From the IMG/VR virus record IMGVR_UViG_3300027749_000034: a DNA stretch of 64,000 nt. One strand, 5' to 3'. Below, piece after piece: positions 27,969 through 38,093 of this stretch; position 1 is the first letter of the stretch, and every line of letters begins with the position of its first letter. This stretch comes from a virus. Its lineage: Duplodnaviria; Caudoviricetes. The translations under genes were made by a program, and so were the position numbers. The notes under the pieces were generated by a model that saw nothing but the letters and a program-made list of their open reading frames with translations, was not told where the DNA came from and made no database searches.

Positions 27969-28409
27969 ATGTTGCACTTGATTCAAACACTGGGGGAAAA
28001 TATACTGGACTTGATCAGTCAAGACCCAGTACGCCCACATATTCCTGCAAATGATAGGATTGGCAACAACAAAGAAATTTTTGTACTCAAAAATGAAGAC
28101 GACTCAGTTCGTGCAATCACCTGCGTAAGTTATCAAAACAGTATTCCCAAGTCTGAACTGGATTTGTTTATTTCAGATGTAGAACCAGACACAGCAGTTT
28201 TTTATACAATTTGGAGTTACAAGCCCGGAGCAGGCCGTCAGTTGATTTTTGATGCAGTTGACTACATCAAAAAAAATAAACCAAGTATAACAAAGTTTGT
28301 TACACTAAGTCCTAAAACAGAAATGGCCAAGCGTTTTCATACCAAGAACGGTGCTATTATTTTTAGAGAAAACGAAGAGTCAACAAACTACGAATATTTG
28401 CATCCTTAA
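27969..28409 (+). CDS. hypothetical protein (possible GNAT-like fold)
   Basis: QDPVRPHIP, FYTIWSYKPGAGRQLI, TLSP..EMAKRFH; stop codon lies inside tRNA-Val. Confidence 0.7.
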   Translation: MLHLIQTLGENILDLISQDPVRPHIPANDRIGNNKEIFVLKNEDDSVRAITCVSYQNSIPKSELDLFISDVEPDTAVFYTIWSYKPGAGRQLIFDAVDYIKKNKPSITKFVTLSPKTEMAKRFHTKNGAIIFRENEESTNYEYLHP

Positions 28410-28475
28410 CTCAGTTGGTAGAGTTCCTCGCTTACACCGAGGCTGTCGGCGGTTCGAGCCCGTCAGGATGTACCA
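28400..28475 (+). tRNA. tRNA-Val(TAC)
   Basis: Cloverleaf, loop CT TAC AC, CCA. Confidence 0.95.
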
Positions 28476-28497
28476 AACAACATAAGTAAATTTCAAC

Positions 28498-28573
28498 GCC
28501 CTTGTAGCTCAGCTGGTAGAGCACCGCACTTGTAATGCGGGGGTCCCGTGTTCGATTCATGGCGGGGGCACCA
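28498..28573 (+). tRNA. tRNA-Thr(TGT)
   Basis: Cloverleaf, loop CT TGT AA, CCA. Confidence 0.95.
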
Positions 28574-28586
28574 TTTTTAATCACCC

Positions 28587-28835
28587 ATGTGGGAATACCT
28601 AGTAACCTTTTTTGCGATCTTTTTACTTGACATTGTTTACACCTACTACTTGCGGTGTGTGGCCAATGACAATGTGTTAGGTGCAAGTTTTTGGTCAATA
28701 GCCTGTTATATTCTAGGAAGTGTGGCAGTTATAAATTACACAACCAATCATTGGTTAATGATTCCAGCCGTGGCAGGTGCGTTTTGCGGCACCTGGGTTG
28801 GAATGAAAATTAAGAAGAAACAATTCGGAGTGTAG
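28587..28835 (+). CDS. small multi-pass membrane protein
   Basis: Three hydrophobic helices; stop codon lies inside tRNA-Pro. Confidence 0.7.
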   Translation: MWEYLVTFFAIFLLDIVYTYYLRCVANDNVLGASFWSIACYILGSVAVINYTTNHWLMIPAVAGAFCGTWVGMKIKKKQFGV

Positions 28836-28902
28836 CGCAGTCTGGTAGCGCACCTGGTTTGGGACCAGGGGGTCCAAGGTTCGAATCCTTGTACTCCGAC
28901 CA
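28826..28902 (+). tRNA. tRNA-Pro(TGG)
   Basis: CGGAGTG acceptor, loop TT TGG GA, CCA. Confidence 0.96.
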
Positions 28903-29103
28903 AGTACCCCGGGCACCTCTGCCCGTTATACAAGAGGGGGATATTAGCAAACCCATAGACGCTACGGTGCATTGGATCTACCGCAAGGCCCATTTACGGC
29001 GACTTGAGAAATCACAAAGGCAGGAACTGTACTGTCTAAATAGAAAAATAGTTGGACGGGGTAACCACCCAGTCTGGGGCTCTTGTGGTGAGAGTAGCCA
29101 GAC
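28903..29103 (+). ncRNA. unknown structured RNA
   Basis: Nested hairpins GTCTGG/CCAGAC, GTCTAA/TTGGAC, GGGT/ACCC, CC-GCAA-GG. Confidence 0.45.
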
Positions 29104-29233
29104 ACTTTATAAAAGCCGTTTGAGTAGCTACAATGGAACACCGAAATACTTCTCAATACTAGTCAGTAGAAGGACCGGCCATGAAGAGTAGGGCTACCGC
29201 GAATTCAAGCGTCACAGACGGCCTCTATAAAGT
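29104..29233 (+). ncRNA. long-stem-enclosed structured RNA
   Basis: 18-bp closing stem 29104-21/29216-33 with A/C mismatches, abutting tRNA-Gly. Confidence 0.5.
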
Positions 29234-29307
29234 GCGGGATTAGTTTAATGGTAAAACTACAGATTTCCAATCTGTTGTCGTCAGTTCGATTCTGACATTC
29301 CGCTCCA
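29234..29307 (+). tRNA. tRNA-Gly(TCC)
   Basis: Cloverleaf, loop TT TCC AA, U73-CCA. Confidence 0.95.
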
Positions 29308-29329
29308 GACTTTTAGCATAAATATTGGT

Positions 29330-30202
29330 ATGAACCCAGACTTTACTAATCTAGCCTATGCCAAAGTCAATTTGAACTTTGATGCTGAATTATTTGCCAC
29401 CGAATACGATCGGCACATATTGCCACATGGAATTTCCATTTGCAATAGTCTTGAAACTTTAAACACATCTGTTGCACTCAATGAGTATTGGGGCATGGTT
29501 CCTCCAGATGAATATACCAAAGCAGATGTGTGGCGACAACCAGGACCTGCTACTACATTAGAATATATAAAACAACAACGCCCACAGTGGAAAATGGTGC
29601 AGTTAATGGGATTAGATATCACAGAAATAACTGACCCATTACTGTTGCGATTTTCCAAGCAAGGGGGACCTAGTGTTCGAAACGAAACACTGGATCCAAA
29701 GTATAAATTTTCAATCAAACCTTATTTTGCTGATTTGCAAATATACAAATGGATCATTGAAAATATTCCGTTACAGGAAATTAGAAGTTTACATTGTGTT
29801 AGCATTGAAGCAGGCGGGCTGGCAACAATACATCGAGATGTAAAAGGTCTATATGCTGGTATCAACAACAGCAGTGGATCGGACAATCGCATCTATAAAA
29901 ATGGTTATGTAATTATCAATTTAAATATCAGTAGCGGAGGTGGTCCACTATGGTGGTGCCTGGACGGGCCAGGTGTATTAGATCCGCAAAAATCAGATGA
30001 TCAAGTTTATTTGACAAACGATTATTTTTTACATGCAGTTCCATTAATGACTAGTCGACGCCGCCAAATTAGAATCATGGGCAAGCCAAAACCAGAGTTA
30101 TGGAACATGTTTGAATCAACGGGCATGATTACACTTCCAGACGACTACCAGTACAACGGCGGATTTGGCATTGAGTTCTTACCAAAAAATGACAGCAAAT
30201 AA
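29330..30202 (+). CDS. 2OG-Fe(II) dioxygenase-like protein (paralogue A)
   Basis: IHRD ... LHAV ... RRQIRI; TAAATA at 29319. Confidence 0.6.
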   Translation: MNPDFTNLAYAKVNLNFDAELFATEYDRHILPHGISICNSLETLNTSVALNEYWGMVPPDEYTKADVWRQPGPATTLEYIKQQRPQWKMVQLMGLDITEITDPLLLRFSKQGGPSVRNETLDPKYKFSIKPYFADLQIYKWIIENIPLQEIRSLHCVSIEAGGLATIHRDVKGLYAGINNSSGSDNRIYKNGYVIINLNISSGGGPLWWCLDGPGVLDPQKSDDQVYLTNDYFLHAVPLMTSRRRQIRIMGKPKPELWNMFESTGMITLPDDYQYNGGFGIEFLPKNDSK

Positions 30203-31073
30203 ATTTTCAAACATTGCCTATGCAAAGGTAAACCTGGCGTATGATCGTGAACTTTTTATCAAAGAATATGATGAGATTATATTACCACACGGTCACCCAA
30301 TTTCAAACAATTTGAATGCGGTTGGTTCTACTGCACCATTGAATAAGGTATGGGGAATGATACCACCAGAATTATACAATAAAGGTGATATCTACATGCA
30401 AGAAGGAAATGCCAACGCAATGAAATACATTGTGCGAGAACATCCAGGTTGGTTAATGGTGCAATTAATGCAAGCTGATCTGACTCAGGTTCCTGAGTCT
30501 AAGAAAGAAATTCTTAAGAAATTTTCTTTTAGAGGTGGACCCAGTTTTAGAAATGAAACATTGGATCTTGATTTTTCAATTAAACAACCTTTTGAACACA
30601 TGCAAATATGGAAATGGATACAAAATAATTTACCATTTAAAAAAATTAACAGCATTCATTGTGTGAGTTTAGAGCCTGGCGGGTTTTCAATCATACATAG
30701 AGATATGAAAGGCTTGTATAATCCATTGTCTAGTGCAACAACCAACAGACTTTACAAAGAAGGGTTCGTAGTACTTGCGTTGAATTTGTCAGATGGTGGA
30801 TCTCCTTTATATTGGTCGCTGGACGGCGCAGATGCAGTCAATTGTTTTAAAGCCAATGATCCACTGTATCTTTCAAGTGATTACTTCATGCACGGAGTAG
30901 GAATAGTAACCAGTCGCCGACGACAAGTCCGTGTTGCTGGTATTCCAGGTCCTGAATTATGGGATCTATTAGACAAAGATTCTATCATTGACCTGGGTGA
31001 ACATTACAAATATGATTCTTCCTGGGCCAGAGATTATGCAGAAAAAGAATTACTAAATCGAGAATCTAAATGA
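30189..31073 (+). CDS. 2OG-Fe(II) dioxygenase-like protein (paralogue B, tandem duplicate)
   Basis: Aligns end to end with A (AYAKVNL, GGPSxRNETLD, IHRD, H, SRRRQ). Confidence 0.6.
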   Translation: MTANKFSNIAYAKVNLAYDRELFIKEYDEIILPHGHPISNNLNAVGSTAPLNKVWGMIPPELYNKGDIYMQEGNANAMKYIVREHPGWLMVQLMQADLTQVPESKKEILKKFSFRGGPSFRNETLDLDFSIKQPFEHMQIWKWIQNNLPFKKINSIHCVSLEPGGFSIIHRDMKGLYNPLSSATTNRLYKEGFVVLALNLSDGGSPLYWSLDGADAVNCFKANDPLYLSSDYFMHGVGIVTSRRRQVRVAGIPGPELWDLLDKDSIIDLGEHYKYDSSWARDYAEKELLNRESK

Positions 31074-32584
31074 ATGTTGTACTATTAAATTCTGGTCCAA
31101 GAATTAATGAATTTACAGTTTACAGAACACTGGGTCCTTACAAGCTGGCACATGCACTGAGAAAAATTGGCATTTCTACAGTGGTAATTGATCACGTCAG
31201 ATGGTTAGATGATAACACTTTAACACAACTGCTGGATAAGTTTGTAACAGATGATACACTTTGCATTGGTATCAGCACCACATTTATATACCAACAGTTT
31301 GATACACCAGTTTTTCCGCCGGGCCTGCAAACTGCAATTGAAAAACTTGCTCAAAAATTTCCCAGGGCAAAAATTGTGTTGGGAGGACCTTACACGCAAA
31401 GATTTAAAGTAGAAGTACACCCTTCGTTTACTAAAGAGATTGATGCAATATTTGAAGAGTACTCTGAAGATACATTTGTAGATTACATACGCTCAATAAA
31501 AGAATCTAATATCACACTAATGCCACCATTTACTCATGAATTATGGAATGGCAAAGGAGTATTGTGTTTTAAAAAGCCCAAGATAGAACGATTTAACATT
31601 GAAACAAGTGCATTCAGATTTGTCGACGATGATGTAATTATGCCCAATGAGACATTGCCATTGGAAGTCAGCCGCGGTTGTATTTTTAAATGCAAATTCT
31701 GCAATCATTTGTTGTTGGGCAGAGGCAAGCTGGATTATCTAAGAGATTTTGAATTACTAAAAGATGAGCTAATGCACAATTATGAAAAGTGGGGAATAAC
31801 AAACTATTATATCATTTGCGATACATTCAATGACACTGAATATAAAATGAAAGCCTGGTATGATATGGTAGCAAGCTTACCTTTTAAAATCAAGTATACT
31901 TCATATTTGCGAGCAGACTTGTTGGATAAATTTCCAGATGTACCTTACATGCTACAAGAATCTGGGTTGCTGGCTGGTTTTCATGGAATAGAAAGCCTGG
32001 GCGAACAGGCTTCAGGCATCATTGGCAAAGGTTGGAGTGGCAAAAGTGCAAGAGAATATATACCAAAATTGTACCATGATATCTGGAATAAAAAAGTAGC
32101 GCAGACGCTCAGTTTCATTGTTGGATTAACCGGCGACACAAGAGAATCTTTGCTGGACACAGCACACTGGTTTGTTGACAACGATCTTTATAACATAACC
32201 TGGTCGTCATTGGGTCTTAGTAATCTAGGGGCTGTGCCCGGTCGACACGCCAGCGAATTTGAAAAAAATGCAACCAAATATGGATATGAATTTGTTGAAT
32301 TTATAGCTGATAATCGAAGAAAGACCAAGGGGTATTATTGGAAGACTGATTATTGGACTCTGCGAGATGCTGACAAATATGTGCAAGAAGTATTACGACC
32401 GGTGACCAACAAATCAAATGCGCCACATGGCAGTTGGACACTTTTGCAGTTTATGCAATATCCTGGTGTGACCGAAGAAAATTTGACCAAAGAAAATTCT
32501 AAAAAAATTGTAGCTGACCTTGATCTACGCCTGCAACAAAAATTATGGATCAATGCGTATGTAGGAAAAATGCTTGCTCTTTAA
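31070..32584 (+). CDS. cobalamin-binding radical SAM protein
   Basis: N-terminal B12-binding-like domain (LGPYKLA...IGISTTF...VLGG), SRGCIFKCKFC. Confidence 0.85.
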   Translation: MNVVLLNSGPRINEFTVYRTLGPYKLAHALRKIGISTVVIDHVRWLDDNTLTQLLDKFVTDDTLCIGISTTFIYQQFDTPVFPPGLQTAIEKLAQKFPRAKIVLGGPYTQRFKVEVHPSFTKEIDAIFEEYSEDTFVDYIRSIKESNITLMPPFTHELWNGKGVLCFKKPKIERFNIETSAFRFVDDDVIMPNETLPLEVSRGCIFKCKFCNHLLLGRGKLDYLRDFELLKDELMHNYEKWGITNYYIICDTFNDTEYKMKAWYDMVASLPFKIKYTSYLRADLLDKFPDVPYMLQESGLLAGFHGIESLGEQASGIIGKGWSGKSAREYIPKLYHDIWNKKVAQTLSFIVGLTGDTRESLLDTAHWFVDNDLYNITWSSLGLSNLGAVPGRHASEFEKNATKYGYEFVEFIADNRRKTKGYYWKTDYWTLRDADKYVQEVLRPVTNKSNAPHGSWTLLQFMQYPGVTEENLTKENSKKIVADLDLRLQQKLWINAYVGKMLAL

Positions 32585-32608
32585 GCGCAAATCACATATA
32601 ATATACAC

Positions 32609-33127
32609 ATGCCTTGGATTGAAAACATACCTTTAGAAAATGTAGCCACCGGACGTCATCATGATTGCGGTGACAACAGTATGCTGATCCAAATTTCGGA
32701 TCATGACATGGCGTTTCCTACTCCCAAACATCACTTCAAAGAAGTACACAAATTTACATTTTTGGACATTGAAGAAGATGGCATGACCAACACAGGTGAT
32801 GGTAGAACCATTGACATGAGCGAGTTTGCCATTACAGATGCACAGGCCGCAGAGCTTGTGCGCTTGTTGCAACATGCCTTTGAAAATCGCATGAATGTTG
32901 TGGTTCACTGTCATGCCGGTGTTTGCCGTTCAGGTGCTGTGGCAGAAGTTGGTGTTATGATGGGCTTTGCAGATTGCGAGCGTTTTCGTATTCCAAACCT
33001 GTTGGTCAAGCATAAAATGATGCGGGTGCTTGGATGGACCTACGATGAGCAGGAAAAGTCCTACGATGTAAACGGTACTGTTAACGAATGGGGCTTTATA
33101 CTGCCCAATCATGACGGAGATATTTAA
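32609..33127 (+). CDS. protein-tyrosine-phosphatase-like (Cys phosphatase)
   Basis: VHCHAGVCRSG CX5R loop. Confidence 0.85.
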   Translation: MPWIENIPLENVATGRHHDCGDNSMLIQISDHDMAFPTPKHHFKEVHKFTFLDIEEDGMTNTGDGRTIDMSEFAITDAQAAELVRLLQHAFENRMNVVVHCHAGVCRSGAVAEVGVMMGFADCERFRIPNLLVKHKMMRVLGWTYDEQEKSYDVNGTVNEWGFILPNHDGDI

Positions 33128-33306
33128 TGGATTGGTTACGCTATAGCGGCCTATGGATAACTGTAATTTTCAACCCATTCCATTGGCGCATTTCTTACTG
33201 CATTGATTCAACCCAGGCCGAATGGCCAAGCCCCAGTCGCCGAGAAATTGTAATACAGGTCATCATGCTGTCATTCAGGCTAGTTGTCGACAATGGTGAC
33301 TGGTAA
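33127..33306 (+). CDS. small hypothetical protein (not in ORF track)
   Basis: MDWLRYSGLWITVIFNPFHW..., TAATG overlap. Confidence 0.55.
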   Translation: MDWLRYSGLWITVIFNPFHWRISYCIDSTQAEWPSPSRREIVIQVIMLSFRLVVDNGDW

Positions 33307-33314
33307 GTATCGTT

Positions 33315-34277
33315 ATGAAATACGGCCTAGACGAAAACGACAAATATTGGATTGAATATACCAGCCTGCCCAGACCCATTGGAAACATGCGGCAAGAATT
33401 GGATTTGGCCTGTCAGCGCATTGCCAACGAAAGGAAAACAATAATCAGTCTAAGCAGTGGTTTAGACAGCCAAGTTGTACTGCATAGCTTTATACAACAA
33501 GGCTTGCCACATGAATGTGCGTTTATGTATCATCCTGGCTTTAATGATTCTGAATTTCAAAATATTAAAATCTTAGAGAAAAAATACAACTTTAAATGCA
33601 ATATCATTGACATTGATCCAATGGCTATAAAAGATGAAATAGAAGCGTTGTCGACTGCAACAAGGATACCACCACAACATCATATCAAAGCAAAATTTCT
33701 AGACCAACTTGATCAAGCTTGTCATGTGCTAGAAGGTCCAGAAAACCCAGACCTATTTGTAAACAACAACAATTTAAAATTGTCAGCCGCCGATGAGGGT
33801 ACTTGGCGCATGATGGAAAGTTACAATGCCATTGACACAACATCAGCTTGGTTCCATGCAAATCGACAAAACCCCACTGTGTATTTAGATAGACGAAGTT
33901 TGCATCAGGAATTTGCCATCAGCATGCTGATTGACGACATTGCAGTGGCCTATAGGCATGCATTTCCATATATTAAAGAAAACGGCATGGTAGATCCAAA
34001 AACTGGAAAAGCACCATTGTGGATCATCTGGGGCTGGGGCCTGTATATCAAGCCTATTCAATTTGGCAAGTATTGGGGCAATGAGCTAGAATATTTTCCA
34101 AAATTTGCTGTGCAAAAAGAAATAGATTATGTAGCAACTCCCAAAGTAATACACGACTATCTGGCACGAGTAATTTTCATCGACCTAGACCGGCACTTGG
34201 AGTTGATGTGCGATTATGGATCAAATCGCACAATAAAGCATACGCAAACATATATACAAAATGCAAAAAACATTTAA
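33315..34277 (+). CDS. PP-loop (adenine nucleotide alpha-hydrolase) protein
   Basis: ISLSSGLDS motif. Confidence 0.65.
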   Translation: MKYGLDENDKYWIEYTSLPRPIGNMRQELDLACQRIANERKTIISLSSGLDSQVVLHSFIQQGLPHECAFMYHPGFNDSEFQNIKILEKKYNFKCNIIDIDPMAIKDEIEALSTATRIPPQHHIKAKFLDQLDQACHVLEGPENPDLFVNNNNLKLSAADEGTWRMMESYNAIDTTSAWFHANRQNPTVYLDRRSLHQEFAISMLIDDIAVAYRHAFPYIKENGMVDPKTGKAPLWIIWGWGLYIKPIQFGKYWGNELEYFPKFAVQKEIDYVATPKVIHDYLARVIFIDLDRHLELMCDYGSNRTIKHTQTYIQNAKNI

Positions 34278-35469
34278 TAAAAATCTAGGTTATTATGTAT
34301 GTAATGATATTGATTTTCATTCTAAAATTGAAGCATGTATATATGGAACAAAAGTCAACCAGCCAGTACGCTGGATGTTCAACAACGCAGTTTTTAACTC
34401 ACACAATTGGGCAGTGGAACCTAGTGAAACATTAGATCAGTTGTATGATTCCCGTGCAAGACAGCTTCGTGAAAAGTATGACTATGTTATATTAAGCTAC
34501 TCGGGCGGCGCAGACAGCAACAACATCTACGAAAGCTTTCGTAGACAAGGCCTGCACATTGATGAAATTGTAGTTAATACAATGACAAAGGCCAGCGAAA
34601 AGTTTATTACAGTAGATGCAAACAGTAAAAATTCTTACAATGGTCCAGAAAGCGAACATCAATTGCATTTGTTGCCGCGCTTACGCACAATCGAAAATGA
34701 AATGCCTCGAACCAAGATTCGTATCTTTGATCTAAGTGACACATTATTTGAAAGCCTGGCCAACACAGATGAAAGTTGGGTATTGAATCAAAAGGAAGGT
34801 CTTAATCCAATTGGTATTACACGATTTAACTATCTGAGTTTTGATGAAGTCAAGCGTGATTTTGACCGCGGCAAGAGTACTTGTTTAATTACAGGAGTTG
34901 AAAAGCCCAGAGTTATAATTCGAGAAAACAATTTATTAATGCGGTTCAACGATCGTAGTGCCAATATCAACACAGTGGCAGAGCATATCAAAGAATATGA
35001 AAACTGCACAGTGGAATATTTTTATTGGGCTCCAGAAAGTGTGCGTATGTTGATCAAGCAAGGACATGTTATCAAGAAATATCTAGAGGCGTTCCCTGCT
35101 CAACAAGAATTTTGGCTAGAACACAGAGTTACTCCAGCGTTGACACGCCTGATGCACGAGCGTGTGTTAAGAAATCTGCTGTACACAACCTGGCAAGAAG
35201 AGTGGTTTCAGGCAGACAAAGCAGTGAGTGATTGGTACAGTGAGTTTGATCGTTGGTTCATTGATCATTACAAAGACACGTCAGCTTGGCGAAATTGGCA
35301 TGCTGGTATTGACTATGTTAAGAACAATTTAAAACCATTTTTAAAATCAAATGGACGCGGAATTCCAGACGGTTTAAAGCCAGTGGCACACATTTATAAT
35401 CTTGGACCAATCAAATTAGCAACCAACACATGGCTAATTGGAGAAAGCGGACAAAACAGACCACCATGA
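34261..35469 (+). CDS. PP-loop (adenine nucleotide alpha-hydrolase) protein
   Basis: LSYSGGADS motif, GVEKP. Confidence 0.72.
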   Translation: MQKTFNKNLGYYVCNDIDFHSKIEACIYGTKVNQPVRWMFNNAVFNSHNWAVEPSETLDQLYDSRARQLREKYDYVILSYSGGADSNNIYESFRRQGLHIDEIVVNTMTKASEKFITVDANSKNSYNGPESEHQLHLLPRLRTIENEMPRTKIRIFDLSDTLFESLANTDESWVLNQKEGLNPIGITRFNYLSFDEVKRDFDRGKSTCLITGVEKPRVIIRENNLLMRFNDRSANINTVAEHIKEYENCTVEYFYWAPESVRMLIKQGHVIKKYLEAFPAQQEFWLEHRVTPALTRLMHERVLRNLLYTTWQEEWFQADKAVSDWYSEFDRWFIDHYKDTSAWRNWHAGIDYVKNNLKPFLKSNGRGIPDGLKPVAHIYNLGPIKLATNTWLIGESGQNRPP

Positions 35470-36107
35470 CATATAAAAACTACCATATTCCAATGCCCAA
35501 GTTCAATCCAACAGAGGCCGAACAGAAATGGGCATTGGAGAATATTGCACCCGAGTTGGAGCCAGCATTGAAATTGATCAAAGGTGCATTTGACAGAGTT
35601 GACGTGCCGCAAGAGTTATTTAGACCATGGCCTCAGCGTGATGCAGTACTGGCGCACTTTGATGAATTAAAATTGGAATTTAAAAGATTTGCCGGTTTTA
35701 TTTCACATCCTGGTCAATGCCCCAAGAGTGCTCATATAGATGCACTTGAACGCGGTGTAGCAATGGTAGCCCGTTTTAATATTCCCATACAAGGATTAAG
35801 TCCAGTCACACTGGATTGGTGGAATGACGGAATTGACAGCGATCGAATTGGCGAGCGTGTGTTCACTGAACTTAGAAATGGCGTAGAAAAACCAGCCTAC
35901 AGCTTTAAATCTCTAATAGATGACTGGGGTACCACCCCAGCGTTTACGGTGCTAGATCCAGGAGCATGTTGGAACAGGACTGAAATTGCACACAGAGCAC
36001 AAAGCCCCAACTGTGCTGTCAGCAGGATTCAAATCACAGCAGAAGTTAAACAACAAATTGCCTGGACTGAATTGGTTGCCAGACTAGAACGCCTGGGCTA
36101 CTGTTGA
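35466..36107 (+). CDS. 2OG-Fe(II) dioxygenase-like protein
   Basis: AHID..RFNIPI ... AHRA ... RIQIT. Confidence 0.58.
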   Translation: MTYKNYHIPMPKFNPTEAEQKWALENIAPELEPALKLIKGAFDRVDVPQELFRPWPQRDAVLAHFDELKLEFKRFAGFISHPGQCPKSAHIDALERGVAMVARFNIPIQGLSPVTLDWWNDGIDSDRIGERVFTELRNGVEKPAYSFKSLIDDWGTTPAFTVLDPGACWNRTEIAHRAQSPNCAVSRIQITAEVKQQIAWTELVARLERLGYC

Positions 36108-36170
36108 CCCATTGACAATCTGTGGCGATTGCTGTATAATAGCAGTAATCGCTTTTCTTTTGGAGAAATT

Positions 36171-36581
36171 ATGTTAGAATGTTTGATCTTAGGTGACAGT
36201 ATTGCAGTAGGCACACAGCAATTCCGACAGGAATGTGCGCTGATAGGCAAAGGTGGAATCAACACAGCACAATGGAATCGTATGTATCGGAGTCGAGATC
36301 TAACTGCCCGCAATGTTATTATTAGCTTGGGTACAAACGATCACGCCGGTGTCAATACCTTTCGGGAATTGATGGACATGCGTATGCGTGTGGATGCTGA
36401 TCATGTGTTTTGGATCTTGCCGCCTTGCAATGACAAATTCTGCAAACCCGCAGTGAATGAAGTAGTTGAACTTATTGCTCGAAACTTTAATGACACTGTT
36501 ATTGGCACTAAAAAACTACAAACAGATGCCATACACCCCAGCTGGTCAGGGTACCAAGAACTGGGCCAAAAGACAAAATAA
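36171..36581 (+). CDS. SGNH/GDSL hydrolase
   Basis: GDSIA, SLGTND, DAIHP blocks. Confidence 0.85.
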   Translation: MLECLILGDSIAVGTQQFRQECALIGKGGINTAQWNRMYRSRDLTARNVIISLGTNDHAGVNTFRELMDMRMRVDADHVFWILPPCNDKFCKPAVNEVVELIARNFNDTVIGTKKLQTDAIHPSWSGYQELGQKTK

Positions 36582-36646
36582 CTGCGGTCCAAAATAAATA
36601 GTCCATACAACTTAGAGTTGAATTTAAGTTAACATGGGTTATTTCA

Positions 36647-37696
36647 ATGACAATCAGATCGTCAGGCGCACTGCCTGCCAGTGAAATCAATGCCGAACTC
36701 GGGCTCGCTTCAACCGCACAAATTGGCATTGGTGGAGCAGTACCTAGAGGCCTAGCTGGCGTTGCGTCAGGTGCTATTGCATTCAGCAACTTTTATGGCA
36801 AGGCCAATCTGACACCGGGCAATGGCGGTCTATTCACAACATCAACCACATTTACAGTACCCAGCTCATCTGGCGGAACACTCAAAATATTAAGCATTGG
36901 TGGTGGTGGTGGCGGTGGCGGTGGAACAAATCGTTGTGCTGTTTATCTGTATGTGGGTGGCGGAGGAGGTGGCTCCGGAGAAATCACATTAAAAACAGTG
37001 ACCGTGACACCTGGTACAGTTTTGACAATCACAGTTGGTGCCGCAGGTTCAGCTGGCGGACAGCGTGATGGACAATATGGCGGCGGTGCCGCAGGTGGCA
37101 CAGGCGGTACTACCACTGTCAAAAACGGTGCCACTATTTTGACCGGTGCAGGTGGCGGAGGAGGTGGCGCACTTTCTCAACAGCCGTCGTCGTCACCTAT
37201 TCTTGACAACTATAGTGCTCACTTTAACCAAAGCGTTATCAATACAGCGGCCAGCACAATTTTAGCGGCCGGAGGCGCAGGTGGTTCAGGTGGCGGAGGT
37301 GGTTCAGGCTACACAAATCCGTTTGCCAGCGTGGCCGGCAATGGCACTTCTTATGCAGGTACCACCTACATGGGCGGCGGCGATGGCGGCCGTGGCTACA
37401 CCATCGATACCACCAGTGGCGTGGCTACACCATACGGCACAGGTTCTGCAGGTCGTGGCGGACGAGGAAATGTTGGCCCACAAATCCAGCTGGACAAGGG
37501 TTACTATTATTTCACGCCACAAAATAGCTGTAAAGGCGGTTCGCCTGCCGCAGGAAACTACATTGCTCAAGCAGGAAGCACCTATGGAGGTGGTGGTGGT
37601 GGTGGTGGTATGGACAACGAATATTGCGGTACCACTGGTAAAGCCACTGGTGTTGCTGGATCGGGCGGCGCTGTATTCATCTGGTGGGGTTATTGA
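36647..37696 (+). CDS. glycine-rich tail-fibre/adhesin-like protein
   Basis: SSG..xS.INAELG...FSNFYGK N-terminal module, polyglycine tracts, C-terminal G.GAVFIWW. Confidence 0.7.
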   Translation: MTIRSSGALPASEINAELGLASTAQIGIGGAVPRGLAGVASGAIAFSNFYGKANLTPGNGGLFTTSTTFTVPSSSGGTLKILSIGGGGGGGGGTNRCAVYLYVGGGGGGSGEITLKTVTVTPGTVLTITVGAAGSAGGQRDGQYGGGAAGGTGGTTTVKNGATILTGAGGGGGGALSQQPSSSPILDNYSAHFNQSVINTAASTILAAGGAGGSGGGGGSGYTNPFASVAGNGTSYAGTTYMGGGDGGRGYTIDTTSGVATPYGTGSAGRGGRGNVGPQIQLDKGYYYFTPQNSCKGGSPAAGNYIAQAGSTYGGGGGGGGMDNEYCGTTGKATGVAGSGGAVFIWWGY

Positions 37697-37697
37697 C

Positions 37698-38090
37698 ATG
37701 AGCGCACCAGCTATCACAATTGGATGTGTGTCCAATCTCTACAGCAGACAAATGCACTTTGTCAATGCAGGCGATGTTGAACTGGGTCATACTCACTTGT
37801 ATGATCATTTCACATTGTTGGCCGCTGGTAGTCTTAGAGTCACTGTAGATGGTGCTGATAATGTGTTTACTGCACCACATATGATTTTCATTAAAAAAGA
37901 CAAAAATCATAGATTAGAAGCACTGGAGAACAACACAGTGGCCTACTGTATACATGCTCTTAGAAACAATGACGGATCAGGTGATATAATGGATCCCAAC
38001 ATGATACCCATGATACCACCTGATGGTGGTACCTATCAACCAGGCTCCGAAGGCCTAGTGACTCCGAGTTTACCCGATTGGATGAAATAA
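37698..38090 (+). CDS. cupin-fold protein
   Basis: GHTHLYDH...F.APHMIFI...H cupin metal motifs. Confidence 0.7.
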   Translation: MSAPAITIGCVSNLYSRQMHFVNAGDVELGHTHLYDHFTLLAAGSLRVTVDGADNVFTAPHMIFIKKDKNHRLEALENNTVAYCIHALRNNDGSGDIMDPNMIPMIPPDGGTYQPGSEGLVTPSLPDWMK

Positions 38091-38093
38091 CAA

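Noticed and set aside
25912-29191. ORF-track proteins over tRNA/ncRNA regions (25912-26160, 25977-26225, 26450-26632, 26476-26706, 27232-27612, 27386-27802, 28432-28698, 28748-28993, 28859-29191)
   Set aside because: Shadow translations of tRNAs or structured RNA, mostly antisense, without RBS.
37281-37697. N-terminal 139 aa of the 269-aa ORF
   Set aside because: Off-frame reading of the Gly-rich gene; the cupin starts at ATG 37698.
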